This document shows, piece by piece, positions 26,301 through 40,893 of a DNA stretch of 64,000 nt. How positions within the stretch are numbered: the first letter of the stretch is position 1; each line of letters opens with the position of its first letter. Where the stretch lies: the NCBI GenBank assembly GCA_012295275.1, contig CM022673.1:20956001-21020000 (forward strand), written 5' to 3'. A program made the translations under genes and the position numbers. The notes beneath the pieces are model-generated. The model was not told the origin of the DNA. It was given only the letters and a program-made list of their open reading frames with translations, and ran no database searches. The DNA comes from Chrysomallon squamiferum. Taxonomy: Eukaryota; Animalia; Mollusca.

Positions 26301-29223
26301 CCTTTTTCCTCCTTTTTTTTCATGTTTTAACAAATTAAATATTTCCAGGCATTAAGAAAAAAATGTCCAAGATATATTAATGTATTTAAACATTTTATAT
26401 TTTTAATCAGGCTGAAAACTATAAACTTGCAATACAAAACTATAAAAAGATAGTGTCTTTCCTGGAGTTCGAGACTGGTCTTGAAGATGCAGCACAAAAA
26501 CAACGTGATGCTTTAATGCTTGCAGCCCACCTCAATCTGGCCATGAGTTACTTAAAGAATTCAAATTTCCACAAAGCTATTGAGCAGTGTGATAAAGCTT
26601 TGGAGATAGATTCTAAAAACACAAAGGCTCTTTTCCGACGTGGTCAGGTTTGTATGCTCCACAGTTCAGTGTAATTGAAATAATTCCTCTGTGATAGATT
26701 GAATTGTTCAGAATAAGTGACGTGAGATGTATATTCAATGTCCAGACAAAATATATACATATAGGTATGAATGAAAAATTTTGGTTAAATAGAGTGTATG
26801 AAATAATAATAAATAAATAATTTGGTTAAATGGACTATTAATAAAAAATATTTACCCAATATGATGCATTTTGGTAATTGTTCTGATAAATTAATAATTT
26901 GTGTCACTGAAACCTTTTAAAAAAGAAAGAAAAAAGTTAAATTTGTTTTCTTTCAGCTGCATACCTTTATAAACAATTACTGTTTTATACTGCATGCATT
27001 TCGTCAAACTTTTGTATATAATGTGAAGGTGATTTCAGTTTTAAATATTAGCTAAATTCTGTGCAGATCATGATAAAATTGAGTTTATATTTAAATATAC
27101 AGGCTAAAATGCAGCAGAGTGATTATGAAGATGCAATAAAGGATTTCAAAGCAGTGTTGGAAAATGAACCAGAGAACAAAGCAGCCAAGAACCAGATTGT
27201 CATTTGTCAACATAAAATCAAACAGTTTTATGAGCAGCAGAAAAAGATTTATGCAGGAATGTTTTCAAAATTTGCAGAACATGATCACAAGGTTAATCCA
27301 AATAAGGTAAACAGAATTTGTTAAGTTGAGGGGCTAAATTCAGATTACAATAAATATAAGGGAATTGGAAATATGTTTAATGAAATACACAGTTACTAAT
27401 CTTGACTGATCAGTTGAATGAAAATGTAAACTAATTGGAGTTAATTGCAAGCATAAAACTACAAAGTAGTGCCAAGCAGAGAATTACCTTTTAAAAATCC
27501 TGTTAAGATGTGATAAGTATTGACCATTTTGTAATTTAATGTTGAAAATAACAGGAAAAAACTAAAGAAACTGATAAGATATGGTTCCTTTTCTTTTTAA
27601 TGGTTCCCATTTTATATATTAGTTATATAATTATGTCCTGTTTTGATCCAACATATATATTTTTTTTTTTTTTTTTTTGACATTTAATGTCCCTGTATAT
27701 ATTATAATGCTGTCATTTGTTACAGTAAAAATGCATTTATTTTGGTCACTTGATTTGGACCTAGCAGCGGCTTCTTACTTACATTAAGACTACCTCTGTA
27801 GTGGCATGTACAACACCTAATTAAACTTAGTACATATGTTGAAATATAGTTTGTTCCATTCCTGTTAAATGTGATATTTAAAAACAGCTTCCCTTCCATT
27901 TCAAAGGCGTATATGTTTACTGCTTGTTTTGTAGAGACCAGATTGGTACAATTCCTCTAGTGAGGAGGTGTTTAAGAATGTCAAGGAATGGAATAACGAT
28001 ATGGCTAAAGGCATGATGCCTTTGGAGCAGGAGTTAGAAGCATTCGGGGAAACTATGCCTGAAAAGGCAGCACCCACCCAAAATGGCCAGCACAAATGAC
28101 CCACCCCAGATGGTGATAGCGACATGGAACCCAGGGGCATCCCACTGGGGTAGGTCTGTGCACATCGTTAATCCAGCTACCATACTAACATTATCATAAA
28201 TAATTCTGTTTGATATCCCATTAGTTCATTTGTAATACCATTTTAATCCAGCATGAATAAAGTATTAAGTTTGATACAAATCTTAAGGAGTTTTGTCTGC
28301 ATTCATGTGATTTCATAATGCATGTAATAAAGAGGTATTTAGATGTCAGAAGTGGTATTATTTAATGAGAAGATTACCAATTACTATATATTGCCCCTTC
28401 ACTTCATTATTTCATTAACTACATACATAACTCCTAATCTTTGTTTGTTTTTTATGCTGCAAATACACTCCTTGAATCTGGTTGTTGAAATGTGCCTTTT
28501 ATTTCAAGGATAGAAAAGATAAATTCTCCTGTTAAATATTATTTCTTCTGATAGTTTTTACTGTTAACCAATAATATAAGCTAATATCTGCTTTATTGTT
28601 ATATTTGAAATAAACAGTATTATATTAAAAATACTGAAAGATTACCTTTATGCTCCCAACTCCATTAAATGATTAAGATATTTTTGGGGGTTTTAAAAAA
28701 AAATGCCAAAAACTCCCCACAAGTCTTCACCTCTGTGAAAACATTTACTATGTATGTTGACAGTACAGTAAATCACATCACATTTTGGTGGATTGTCTTG
28801 ATTTATAGAAAAAAATGAGTTTGAAATCATGGGTATCATCCAGATTTACATTTTTTAATACAATTTAACTTAGCTCAAATAGTGGACTGTATCTGAGATA
28901 AATGTTTGTTTTTTTATTTATAATTTAAAATGTTGTAAATAAAGTTTTTACATCCATTCATTCAACAGTATTAAAAACAGTAGTTTTTTTTTTTCTGTGT
29001 GTTTTTTTTTTTTTTTTTGTTAACATAAACTTTTTCTATCATACATATTTTTTCTCAGATATTTTCCACAAACGGGCTTCTTAATTTGATTTCTTTTCAG
29101 AAACAGAAGCTTGAGGAAGATAAACATGATCATGGTGATACGGTTGATTCTAAAGAAAATTCAAATAATATTGAGCTCAATTCTGATTCCAAAGAAACTG
29201 AAGAAACTATGGAAACCAGCTGA
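23321..29223 (+). CDS. FKBP4: FKBP4/FKBP52-FKBP59-type peptidyl-prolyl isomerase (2 FKBP domains + TPR); exons 23321-23558, 24317-24481, 24892-24990, 25302-25549, 25939-26022, 26411-26647, 27103-27291 (or 27306), terminal 29101-29223 (or 27935-28099)
   Basis: Motifs [69 protein letters not shown] helices ([19 protein letters not shown]) and [13 protein letters not shown]. All intron phases are consistent. Confidence 0.95.
27935..28099 (+). CDS. FKBP4: FKBP4 alternative proximal terminal exon, [54 protein letters not shown]
   Basis: Pyrimidine tract and AG at 27933-27934, phase 0. There are 54 open, GC-richer codons, and AATAAA follows at 28256. Confidence 0.78.
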   Translation, partial: RPDWYNSSSEEVFKNVKEWNNDMAKGMMPLEQELEAFGETMPEKAAPTQNGQHK

Positions 29224-31427
29224 ATTTGACAACATGCAGCCAGCTGTTTAGAAAAAACAACCCAAAATAGTTACTTCATTACATGTACTGTGATCTGTAA
29301 TGGAAGAAACATGAAAAAGGACCAGATGACACTAATTCCTTATGACATCTTCTGTTAAGTACAATGACATTTTTAATCTGTGTAATGATAATAAAATGAT
29401 CATATTGCAGATGTATACTGTTTAAGTGTTCTTTGTGTTGTGTGCAAATGTGTATTCATGAACAGTTTTGGCTATAAAATCAGCAGGAAAATTCTTATTG
29501 TATTGGGAGGTTGAGTTAATAACCACAAATGTAGAACCATAATTATTTCACATTTAAGATTTGGTATTTTTTTATTTTGTTTTTGCTTTTCACTTCAAAG
29601 TAACATTTATTTTTAATTTTCCACTCATTATTCAATATATAATTTATACATTTAGAAATCCGGAGTAAATGGTCTCAAATTTCAATTATTATGAGAAAAA
29701 AAATTGTGGATTTTTTAGAAATTTTTATTTTCATAATATAAATTATGTTTTAAACAAAACAATTTGATCACCTATATATATATATTTATGCAAAGTTTTT
29801 ACAAATTAAAGTATGGTTTGTAGCCATTGTTTCTGAATTAACAGTTGACACAACATTATTAATCTTTCAGACAGTAATGCATTTGGCACCTACAGATGTA
29901 GATTTGTCAATTTTTATTTCTGAACAGAAAATCCTGTGATCTCTTTATCCCCTTGTGAAGTCATTAAATGTTCCTATTCATTTTGTCCAGAATAGTGTAT
30001 ATATTGTTTGAATTAGAAATTTAATTACATTAAGATAATTTGATAAAACATCTAAATGATTGACATTGTTTTCATGTTTCACATTTTCATTAAATCACAG
30101 AATATTTTGCTGCATATCATTAGCTTTATATTTTTCTCTCCTTTTTTTCTGAAATTAAAACTTTATAAAAATGTTTTTTATATTGTTTTTCTTTTATGAG
30201 CTTCCTTATTTAGTAAACAGGAATTTACAGATCATTGTTATATGAGTTAGAGCTGGACAGTTCAGTTATTCTGTAGACGTGGTAGTCAGCCGATTGCTAA
30301 CATAAACAATCAAAGTATCTTTCTTCCTGAGTGGAATGAACATCTCACTGATATCACTAATGTACTTCTGTGTTCTGTCTGACTCTTGAAAGTGAATTGT
30401 TTTATATATTAAATTGTATTAATTTAAATCTATTAAACCAAATAATATTTTTTACTAATGCAGTAAAGATTTCCTAGTATGTTCTGGAAATGAAGAATAA
30501 CATAACAAAACATTTACTTTTATTCCACGTTATGAATATAAAGTACAACAACCAACAAATAAATTAGTATCACATGAATTAAAGATATATCAAGCACTTG
30601 ATATTGCACATTTGTAAAGCATACTGGAATGTATAACCTAATCCAGTAAAAATGAAAATAGCTTTAACATAAGTGAAATATGAATAATAGAAATGTTGAC
30701 TACAAAGTTTATTTCTTCCAAGCCATTATTCCTAAATTCAAAATAAATGTTTTTAAAACTGTAACAGCTAGAAATTTAATTTATCCCACCTTGTGCTTTT
30801 TGTTTGTAACATTGCAGAATATGCCAGTAGTAATCAAAAATGCTTTCTTGTAACAACTTGCACGTATTAATGAAACTGATTTGTAAGTAATAATAATAAG
30901 GAAAAGAAACCTCAACAAAATGAGAAATCAAAGCATCAAAATCATAAAAAGAAAAAATTAGAAAATAAAATTTAGGAAAAGAAGGATCCATCAAAATAAA
31001 ATATTTCAGATGTGATTAAGTTCTAAATAATACTGTATTATAAGTTACAATATATATCATATGTGTATAAAATACTAATCCAAATACAAATATTTTTGTT
31101 TGTTTAAAAAAATATATATATATTTTACATGAAATAAATCTCAGCCAAAATTTAAAAATGTGAATTTGTCTTTAATGAACAAAACAAAAATAAGGATAAC
31201 AAAACTAATCATAAAAATAAAATAACAAATCTTAAAAACCTTTCATATAAACATACCAAATTTCAGAGGTTTAAATTCTTGCTGATAAAATAACTATACA
31301 ATGATCGTTACCACTTATATCACCCAAATAATGTCTTCATTTTATTAAATTATCAATATTATTAATTTGTTAAGATCCATATGCATAATTATGCAATAAC
31401 AAGATATTAACGAATAAAATTACAGAA

Positions 31428-33524
31428 TCATCCAAATATATCTTCCAGTTCATTTTTCTTGGAACTGGAAGTCTGTTTTGAAATGTCTGTGTCTGAAACA
31501 GACATGAAAGGGGGGGACACTCCAGCCTGCATTGTGTTTGACATTCCCATTGCATTGTAGCCTGTTTGTACGGTGAACCCTGTTTGAGAACCAAACACAC
31601 CTGACTGCCCAAAACCACCTGCATTTTTCTGAAAACCTGTTGGTGGATTCATTCCCATCATTCCTTGTCCCATCATTCCCATATTACCCACGATGCCTTG
31701 CTGGCCCATCATGCTTGGAGCCATGTTTCCCATCATTCCTGGTACAGGACTACTTGTCCCTCCTGGTCGTGGAGAAAATCCTTGATTCATTCCAGGTTTT
31801 GTCTGAGAAAGCATATTCAGGCTTTTCTTTTCCTCTTTTAATCCAGGCAACAGTGAATCAAATGTAGACAGATCTATACTTTTACTTGTTGCCATTGTTT
31901 TATTAGACATGCCTCCCCCTGTAGTGAAAGAAGTCATTCCACTAGAACTGAATCCAGATGGATTGTTTTGATACAAGCTATAACCTGTGGTGGTAGATTG
32001 AAATCCATGCATGGATACTGTGGGACTGGATTTCACAGAGGTGGTGGGTCTCTTCAAGTCTTTGAGATTGGACTCCATCAGACTGGAGGTGAGATCTTTA
32101 ACCTGAGTTGTCTTTTTCTCAGGTGTGGTTTTGTTGACAGGTGTTGCTGCCAGCTGTTGTTGTCTCTTTAAATTCTCTTGTTGTTCCTGCTGCTTGGCCA
32201 ACTGCTGCTTTTCAGTCAGCGATAAGGTAGCCTGTTAGTAAAACATTTTTAAAAACTTGTGTATAATTTATTATATTAATCACAAATAATTCATTTGACT
32301 ATACTTTTTTCAGAGCATGGCATAAATATAAATCTCTCAAGCTTTTAAAAAAAAAATTCAAACATTAAAAAGAATAATGATATATTATTGCTGATAAATT
32401 TTTGGGATGGAGTGATTGTTTTACAAATGTATCGTTATGACTGTAATTACAACACAAAAAGCATACTATTACTCCATCCTTGAAAGCTACAATATGTTGA
32501 TATAACTGCAGGGTTACCTTAAGAAGTATTCAGTTACCATTTGTTACTGAAATGGGTAACAGTAAGTGCTATCTTAATCTGGAAACAAGTATAAAGATAT
32601 TCATAAATTCCATTTAAAATATATCTGCATCAAATACACACTAAATATTCTTGTGTTTTCTTTTATTACATTCACAACTGACATTAATTTACAACATACT
32701 TTTGCAGAGCCAGGTGGGACATAGGTTCCATTCTGAGAAGGAGTCAAGTCAGCAGCAACAGATTTGGGTTGAGGACTGGGGGAGCTGGCCAAGCTAGTCA
32801 CACCAAATCCAGAAAGAAACTTGTCCATCTGAAACATAATCAACTCTGTCACTTATAAGATGAATTAATTATCAGATAATATAAAAATAAAACATTCTAG
32901 ATTATAAACTAATTTAATGTCATTGAAGAAACAAAGGCAAAAATGCTTTATATAACCAAATATCAAATATGTATTATTAGAATAAAGGTTTCATAATCAT
33001 TATCTTCTTCATAGAACTGATGAATTCATGTTTATAAACACTGTTGATTTGAGTGTAGCGAAAAGTGATTTTGGTCACCTGAACATAAACAAAAAATTAA
33101 ACTGGTTCTTGGATCTAAAAATAAGTAACATATTACTGTATATTAAAATAAAATAATAAAATGGTTACCATGGTCTGTGGCTTATCAGATTTTGAAACTG
33201 GAATAAGTTGATTAGGATCTTCCATAGTTATCTTTGTAATTTCCAATTTCCTATAACCAAAAAATTAATTAATAAAAATATTTTACAAATATTGATAAAA
33301 ATAAAAAAGGTTTTAGATGGAAGAAAATGTGAAAATATGCATGTGTGCATGTGTGTGTGCTTAATGCATTTGTTTTACTCACGTTTGTTCTTGTTTCATC
33401 TGATCCAGCTGTTCTAATTTATTTCGATGTTCTGTTTCAATTTTTGAAACCATTTCTTTTACCACAGCAATGTAAGCATTAAACTGAGAATTAGAAGGAA
33501 GCAAATAAACATTGTTATGAATAT

Positions 33525-33555
<31 letters not shown>

Positions 33556-36500
33556 TTCAATAACCATTTAAAAATGTAATTTTTGATTATCCATATCTTT
33601 CAGTTTAATAGATTTAAATTAATACAATTTAATATATAAAAGAAGTTCAAACTAACATTGAGAAAAAACGAACCCCTTTGAAGAAAGGACTAAATGGAAA
33701 AAAAATACATGTCAGAAGTTTAGTTTAACCAGTTTTTAAATTAAAATAACATAATAACTCCAATAAATGAGACAGGAATGATAAAAAAGTTACCTGTGAT
33801 AGGTTGAGGTTGTTGTCAATACACAGAGGAATAAGAAAAGGTAAAACTTTGTTAGCCATAATGTCCTTAGTAATCCCCAGCTTAGGGTGAGACATGGTCA
33901 CCTTCATGATTCCTTGTATTAAAAATGAGCACATTTTATTTAGAGATTTCAGATTTTTCAATTAATAGAACTAGACTGCTGTATCAAATGGAGCTTAATA
34001 AAATTGTGATAAATTATATTTTGTACAAAGAGAGATATCACTTAATAGCTGTATGATTAAAAGAAAGCATATATCAATAAATGAAAAAGATGCCTGTAAA
34101 CAAATAATTAAACTGGATCAAATTAACCAAGGAATAAATTAGTGAAACTTACCATTTTATAATTATTTTTAACTTGTTTTATAATTTATAATTATTAATG
34201 ACTAATTTGTATTCATGTAAGCTCTGGTAAATAAAAAAAATAGTGAGAAAGAAACATGTACCTAACAACAAAAGTAACACTGAAACTAGTATCTGAACTA
34301 GTACTTAAAATTAATTGGAGACAGTGCTCACCTAGAATACTCATTAACACTGCAGGTTCTCTGGATGGAATCTGTGCAAGATAAGGTAAGATCTCATCCA
34401 GCACATACCACTTGTCCATCTGTTCCAACATCTTCCCCAGACACAGCAGGCAGTTTACACGAACCTGGACAAATGTTCTTTCACATTATTTAGCTCAGAA
34501 ATATTAACATTAAAAAAGTATTAATAATAATGATAATAGTAATTAAGAAAAACACAAAGAATAGATGTAATAAAACTAATTCAGTTATGGTGTAACAACA
34601 GATCAATTATTCATACTGATTACAGAACTATGAAAAGCACACAGCTTTTACACCTGTGTCTCAATGTCGATGATATTCATGGAAAATGTTTTATTAAAAG
34701 TTTCATTTCTGACACTCAATAGACTGTAATGTTCATTCTTCAGATTATATTAATTTATTTTTACCACAATAACTAAACTAAATGATTCGTGACATTACTG
34801 TGTGGACTTAAAATTATTTTAATATACTAAATTTTAATTATTTTTTTACCGTTAAAATAGATGTCCTTTGACAAAGTTTCTTTATGCGAGGAATGATGGC
34901 ACTTTTCAGTGAACTGTACTCAACTAAGTCAGCAAATGTTGGTATGATATTTAAACACAACTCCTGAAATACAAACACAGTTATGATGTATATATATGTA
35001 TTGTTTTAATTCTTTCATAAAAGAAAATTATAATAATGACTGAGAAACTCTTGATATTTAAAATACAGATTATACATGAATAGATCTTTTTATTTATATT
35101 CTTTAATGACAGGCTGCTGGTGTCTTGCTATTCCAGTCAATTCCCCACAGCCAGTTTATCAAATGTTGTAGAAGATGTTTTCCTGTTTATAGAAAGGTGC
35201 ACATAAAAGAATGTTGCTGCTAATTCATGATGCCAAACAACTGCACATTGAAAAATGTTTTCTTACTTGTATTTGTGGATTTTCTACATCTAGTGCTCGG
35301 TAGACCATAGGCAGTATGTACACTCTGGTATCTTGTGCAGGTGTTTTGCTCAGCAGGAGATTTATATTTTGCAAAAATAACAAAGAAATCTGAAAATGCA
35401 AATGAAATAAATAGCCTTCCTTTTTTTCTTTTATTCACTAATTTTAAATTTAAAATCTTTCAATATATAAAATGATCACTTTTTAAAATTAAATAAATAA
35501 AAATTAATTAAAATTTAATAAAATGATAGTGTCCATCATTCAAAAGCGGAAAAAAAAAATTCAGTTGTGTCTATCAAAATATGAATGGAATTAAATATAA
35601 CAGATAATTCTTGTTTGTTTTGATACACTTTATACTGGTTAAGTTAAACATATAATAACAAAGAAAAGGATTTCATAAAATACTGAATTTGTATCTCCTA
35701 TAATAAAATATTACTGAAAAGAATAAAAGGATAATTCATAAACTTCATAAAAAGACTGATAGGAAAAATGTTATGAATGTCACTAAACCTATTTCTATTA
35801 ACTTCTGTATTTTTAACATACTTAAATTAAAATATACTTTAACAATGGTTTTAAATTAACAAGTACAGACCAATGCTTTTGAATAATGGTCATAAAATGA
35901 ACCTGTATTGGCTCCTGTATTTTAAACATGGGTGTTATTCCTGGTAGGATGAGTCTGACATATTCCTGGTCAGACGACTGTTCTGCCACTAGAAGAATGC
36001 TTGGGAGTACAAATGGAATCATGTCCGGGTTGATACATTCACTGAATAAAGAGGGTAGTATTCGCAGCTGGTTAACCCGCTGTAAATAACAAATTAATTA
36101 TAAAACTTAATAATTAAACAATATTAGTGTAAGTACCAGTTAAATGATAATTATAATGATGGTGAAGATGAAGATGACAATGATTACAGTACCATTAAGC
36201 ATTTTTTAATTCTTTATCAATATTAATTTTACACATAATAAAACAATTAACTGGTCAAAAGATTTCAGTGATGTAGGTAAAGTTACCTTTGGCAATTTTC
36301 CTAATATTTTGGAAGACCTTTGAAAAATTTAGACTTTTCCAGGTTGTCTCTCTGGAACAGTGAATCTAGGTATTGCAATGTCATGGTACCCACATCACTA
36401 AAGAAAGAAATCTGTAATAAATAAATATATGTTTATTGCATAACAGGAAAAAATTAGAATATTATTTTGTATAATTAACAGCAATTAAAAAATTATAAAT

Positions 36501-39195
36501 ATTTTGAGCTAGATCCTGATTTACTGAATGGTTAAAAAAAGAAGAAAAAGTAGTAAAGGTAGTCATAATTATAATAAAACAACTGATTACAAAATGTTCT
36601 GGTTATTTGTAAAATTTCATATATATTTTTGTTGCCTTCTGATTCTAAAATATCCAGTTACATCACTGACATTAAAAAACTCCTAAAATGCCAGATACCC
36701 ATGGAAATGTATGAAATATGAAGCAACTAAAAATCATTTTATAAATAAAATATTACTTCACAGACACTAACAACCTGAACATTCATAACATTATTATTTT
36801 TTTTTTTTACCATTTTATTTTATTCATATTTTGTGATCTTGGCTTTTCAAAATATTTTTTTTTATATTTGAAAATATTTGCTGGAACGTCTACAAATATA
36901 GAAATGTATTTATATGTTTGCTTACCTTTGCCAGTTGCTCTGCATCTGGTCTGACAGAAGGTTCAATGTTGAGTAACAGTTTAACATACTGCTGTAGTTC
37001 ATCTGGCAAACTTGCCAACAGTGATGGACGCATGTGACGAAGCTGATAAAATATCAAAAATATAGTGCAAACATTTTATTATCTATGACCATAAATACAT
37101 AGCATACAAAAAAAAAACTGTATTTTTAAACTAGAAGTTAAATTATGTGTTTTTGATTCAAAAATATGCTTGCCTTTGACAATGAGAAAAACAACAACAA
37201 AATACAACATGAATTAATGGCTATCTGTTGAAAGCATAACATATTTTAATATGTTATCATTCATTAGGCATAATACTTTTTATTAAATCTGCAATAAAAA
37301 AACATTCTACTATCAGTACAATATTTATTTTTAATTATCATTTAAACAGGTTCATTCCAAAGAGATATAGTCACAATATCGTTACACTTATCTACCACAT
37401 TAATTTATTAACTTCATCTCAGATTTTTATTTAATCTACTTAAATATTTTTTTTAATAACAAAACTTGTTTCACCACAATATTGTCCCAGTTTTTCAGAA
37501 TACTGCATGCATCAAGCCTACCTCTTCAGCATTTTTCTTAAACACATTTAGCTGACTCTTGCAGTTAAACATGGTTTTTCCTTTGTTGAAAACTGAGTAA
37601 ATGAGAGCTCCCACAGAGTACATATCACTGGCAGTACAACACATCATGGTCAAAGCATATTCTGGTGCCAAATAGTCCAGATTAGGTTGTGCCAGTGGTG
37701 GAACCTCAGAACTCCATTCTCTGAATGGATACAGTGGCTGTATATTAAGTTAATAAATTTTAAAAAGTAAAGTAGCAGTTGTGTACAATTTATAAATATA
37801 TACACACATTTATACACATACTAAAAAGTAGTAATTATTATACAGTTTGTACCTGAAATCATTAGACAGAAAAATTAATACTATATTATTTAATTATATA
37901 CATAAAATATAAATAGGTGAAATACAGTAGAAGAAACAGAGGTACAGGTTATATAGTTTCACCTTTAAAACAAAAATAATGAAAGTAAAGTCTATTTTTA
38001 TACAATCTTATTGTAGTCCAATCATGGCTAAACGTGTTTTATTTTATTTTCAGAATGAATTATTTAATACAAAAACCAAAACCAATATAAATTTTTATAA
38101 TATGAATTTGTAACTTTTAGTTTTCTCATTCACTTTCATCCTGAATGACAGACACAAAACTAAGGATTTGAAGAACAAAGAAGAATAAAACATACAGCTG
38201 CAGTTGGATCTCCCTGATTTGCATTCAGTAAACAAAAGTGAAAGCCTGCAAGCTTCCAGGATCCGTTTTTATTGAGAACAATAGATTCAGGACAAATGTT
38301 GTGGTGCATTATTTTTGCATCTGAATGGAGGAAGGCTAAACCTTCAATAACCTAGAAGGAAATTAATTTATTATTAACAGACAAAATTATAATTTGTATG
38401 TATTATTAGTAAGAATTCTAAAAAAAAATGAATTCAAAATATTTATTGTGTATAAAAGAAATCACTTTAAATTCATTATTCAAAAGGTAAAAGCTTTAGT
38501 TTAATTAAAATAAAATTAACAATTAAAAAAAAGATAAAGTTTTTTTTCTAATTATATACAACAGAAAATGTGGAAATAGAGTTTGATACACACCTGAAGA
38601 AGACCATGTCTGATTTCTATTTCATGTAAATCATATTCCTGCAGCTCTTTTGGAAGTGGCTGAGGAATATTGTGATGATAACCAAGAACATTTGCCAAAC
38701 TACAAAATACTGGTTCTGTGGCAAAGGCATACATCTCTCTGTGAAATAAATTCACTTTCTGATCTGACATACATCACAATGCAGCTTGTTATACAATTTT
38801 TCTTTACTATCCTAACTTGTTTCATTAAGTTTAATATTACATTATCATTGTAATTAAAAATATATATTGTTTATATTTACTAATTACTGAATAAAAGGGA
38901 GGGGTTGCTTTCAATATTTCACCGAGCATTTTATAATTCAGCAATAGGTCATTACTATCTATAAATACATAATGAGAGATGTTTGTTAAAGACTACAAAA
39001 TGTTTCAATTTATGACATTCCATTACAGGATAGACAGGAAGTGTTTTCATTATCACAATGCTATTTAGTGTTCAGTTACTGAACAGCAGCATGCTTCTTA
39101 CACAACATTACATATGTTCTAGATATCTATATAAATATGTATATGAAATATTATTTCTTGTGGGTTTTTTAACATATATATATATTTTATCTTTA

Positions 39196-39246
<51 letters not shown>

Positions 39247-39728
39247 TATTTCTTGTGGTTTTTTATATATATATATATATATTCTTGAAGATAAAAGGTG
39301 TTACATAGTCTGATACCTAGATTCTTCAAAGGGATGGATGACTGATAAAATCTTTGGATGTCGAAGTTTTGTGAGCTGTTGAACACCCCTCTTCAGTGAT
39401 TCAAGAATAATTTCTCTGTCATGTCGAGAATAGCGATCCAAATTTTTTTTCTCAAATACAAAAACAGATGACTCCTTAAAAAAGAAGATTAATGTTTATA
39501 AATACTTTAGTTCATGAAGTATGTAATTAGAATTAAAATATTCCTTTTTATTTTTTAACAGAAACACACACGAACCTGTTTAGTTGTTTTCTTAACAGCA
39601 TTATACACCCTCCATACCAAACCAGGTCCAGCACTTGCTACTTGTGCATGAACATCAAAGTCCCTTGCAAGTGGAATTCCTGGAAGTACATTTGTCACTG
39701 CAGTTTTTAGTCGATTAAACACGTCCAT
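31428..39728 (-). CDS. SCYL2: SCY1-like pseudokinase 2 (CVAK104); exons 39728-39576, 39474-39317, 38738-38594, 38351-38196, 37737-37522, 37042-36926, 36411-36287 (1 nt short), 36079-35903, 35389-35267, 34963-34850, 34464-34332, 33912-33794, 33483-33383, 33250-33169, 32828-32700, 32231-31428
   Basis: VASAGPGLVW, QLTKLRHP, pseudokinase HHNICPE and WKLAGF, HEAT region (QRDNLEKSKFFKGLP, QELCLNIIPTFA, VRVNCLLCLGK), a coiled coil and a C-terminal ELEDIFG*. Confidence 0.94.
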
Positions 39729-40474
39729 TTTGTCACCTAAAAATAAAAATAAAAATAACAAAATAACACATAAAATAAAATAAAATAAATCATTGTCTTT
39801 AATTCATACTTTTAAATAAATTATAGCTTTCTAAACGTGTTTCTTTTTCAATCAGCTAATGGATATCATTATCATTATGATTATCAGAAATTGTAGGTTT
39901 CAATGGTTTCTCACTTTATCAGTTTGTGTACTATGTGTGTGTCACTGGGAATGTCAAGTGCAAACGCTTGCACACACACATACATACACACACATGATCT
40001 CACGTTATCATTATTTGACAAGATATTGTGAATTTTTTGTTTTATCATAATGATTGACAATCTTAGAATCTAAGAATCTAGTAAATACAATACACAGTAA
40101 TGACTCAAATTTTGTTCGTAATGAGTCTATGACAGATATTATAAATTTCATATTTTCCTAAAATTTATAACTAATAATAGTATTTTCAGTAACTTCGATG
40201 TAATACAATAACACACCTGTAACACTAATCAAATCACTGAAATAAACATAAGGCTGGTGCAGTTAAACACTAAACAGGTGATGACGAACTGACATTTTAA
40301 ACTGTCATTTATAAAAATGATTCGCTTCAACGCTTAAATGTAAATCAAAAATACAAAGGAATAACGGTCTACAGAAAAATCAAAGTTGTGTTGTGTTCTT
40401 TTTTGTAAATTCCTTCTTCAGTCAGAAGTAAACAGATATAAACAGATATTACAGAACGTATTTTAATTATAACT

Positions 40475-40476
<2 letters not shown>

Positions 40477-40529
<53 letters not shown>
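40477..40529. repeat. (CT)n microsatellite upstream of the SCYL2 5' region
   Basis: Pure tc run. Confidence 0.95.
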
Positions 40530-40538
<9 letters not shown>

Positions 40539-40849
40539 CACACACATAAAAATATACATATGTACGTGTGTGTGTGTGTTTGTGTGTGTATATATAGTTA
40601 AACGTGATTACAGTTCGCAATAGCATTTTCATTTCTGTTCTAAATAATAAATACTAAATTTTGTGTTAGGATAATGTATTTTTACATAATTAACTATCTA
40701 CAGTTTTTCATAGTCGGCTAAAAGATTAATTGCCAGTTTAGTGACCTCGTTTTAAAATATAATAATTATAATCATATATATATATATCTGCAAGTTGTAC
40801 CAACGCACTTTTACAAAAACATGAAGCTAATTATTATTATTATTATTAT

Positions 40850-40893
<44 letters not shown>

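Noticed and set aside
30244-30390. GC-richer island with a possible 8-bp closing stem between the FKBP4 and SCYL2 3' ends
   Set aside because: Pairing is too short and no RNA family motif was recognised.
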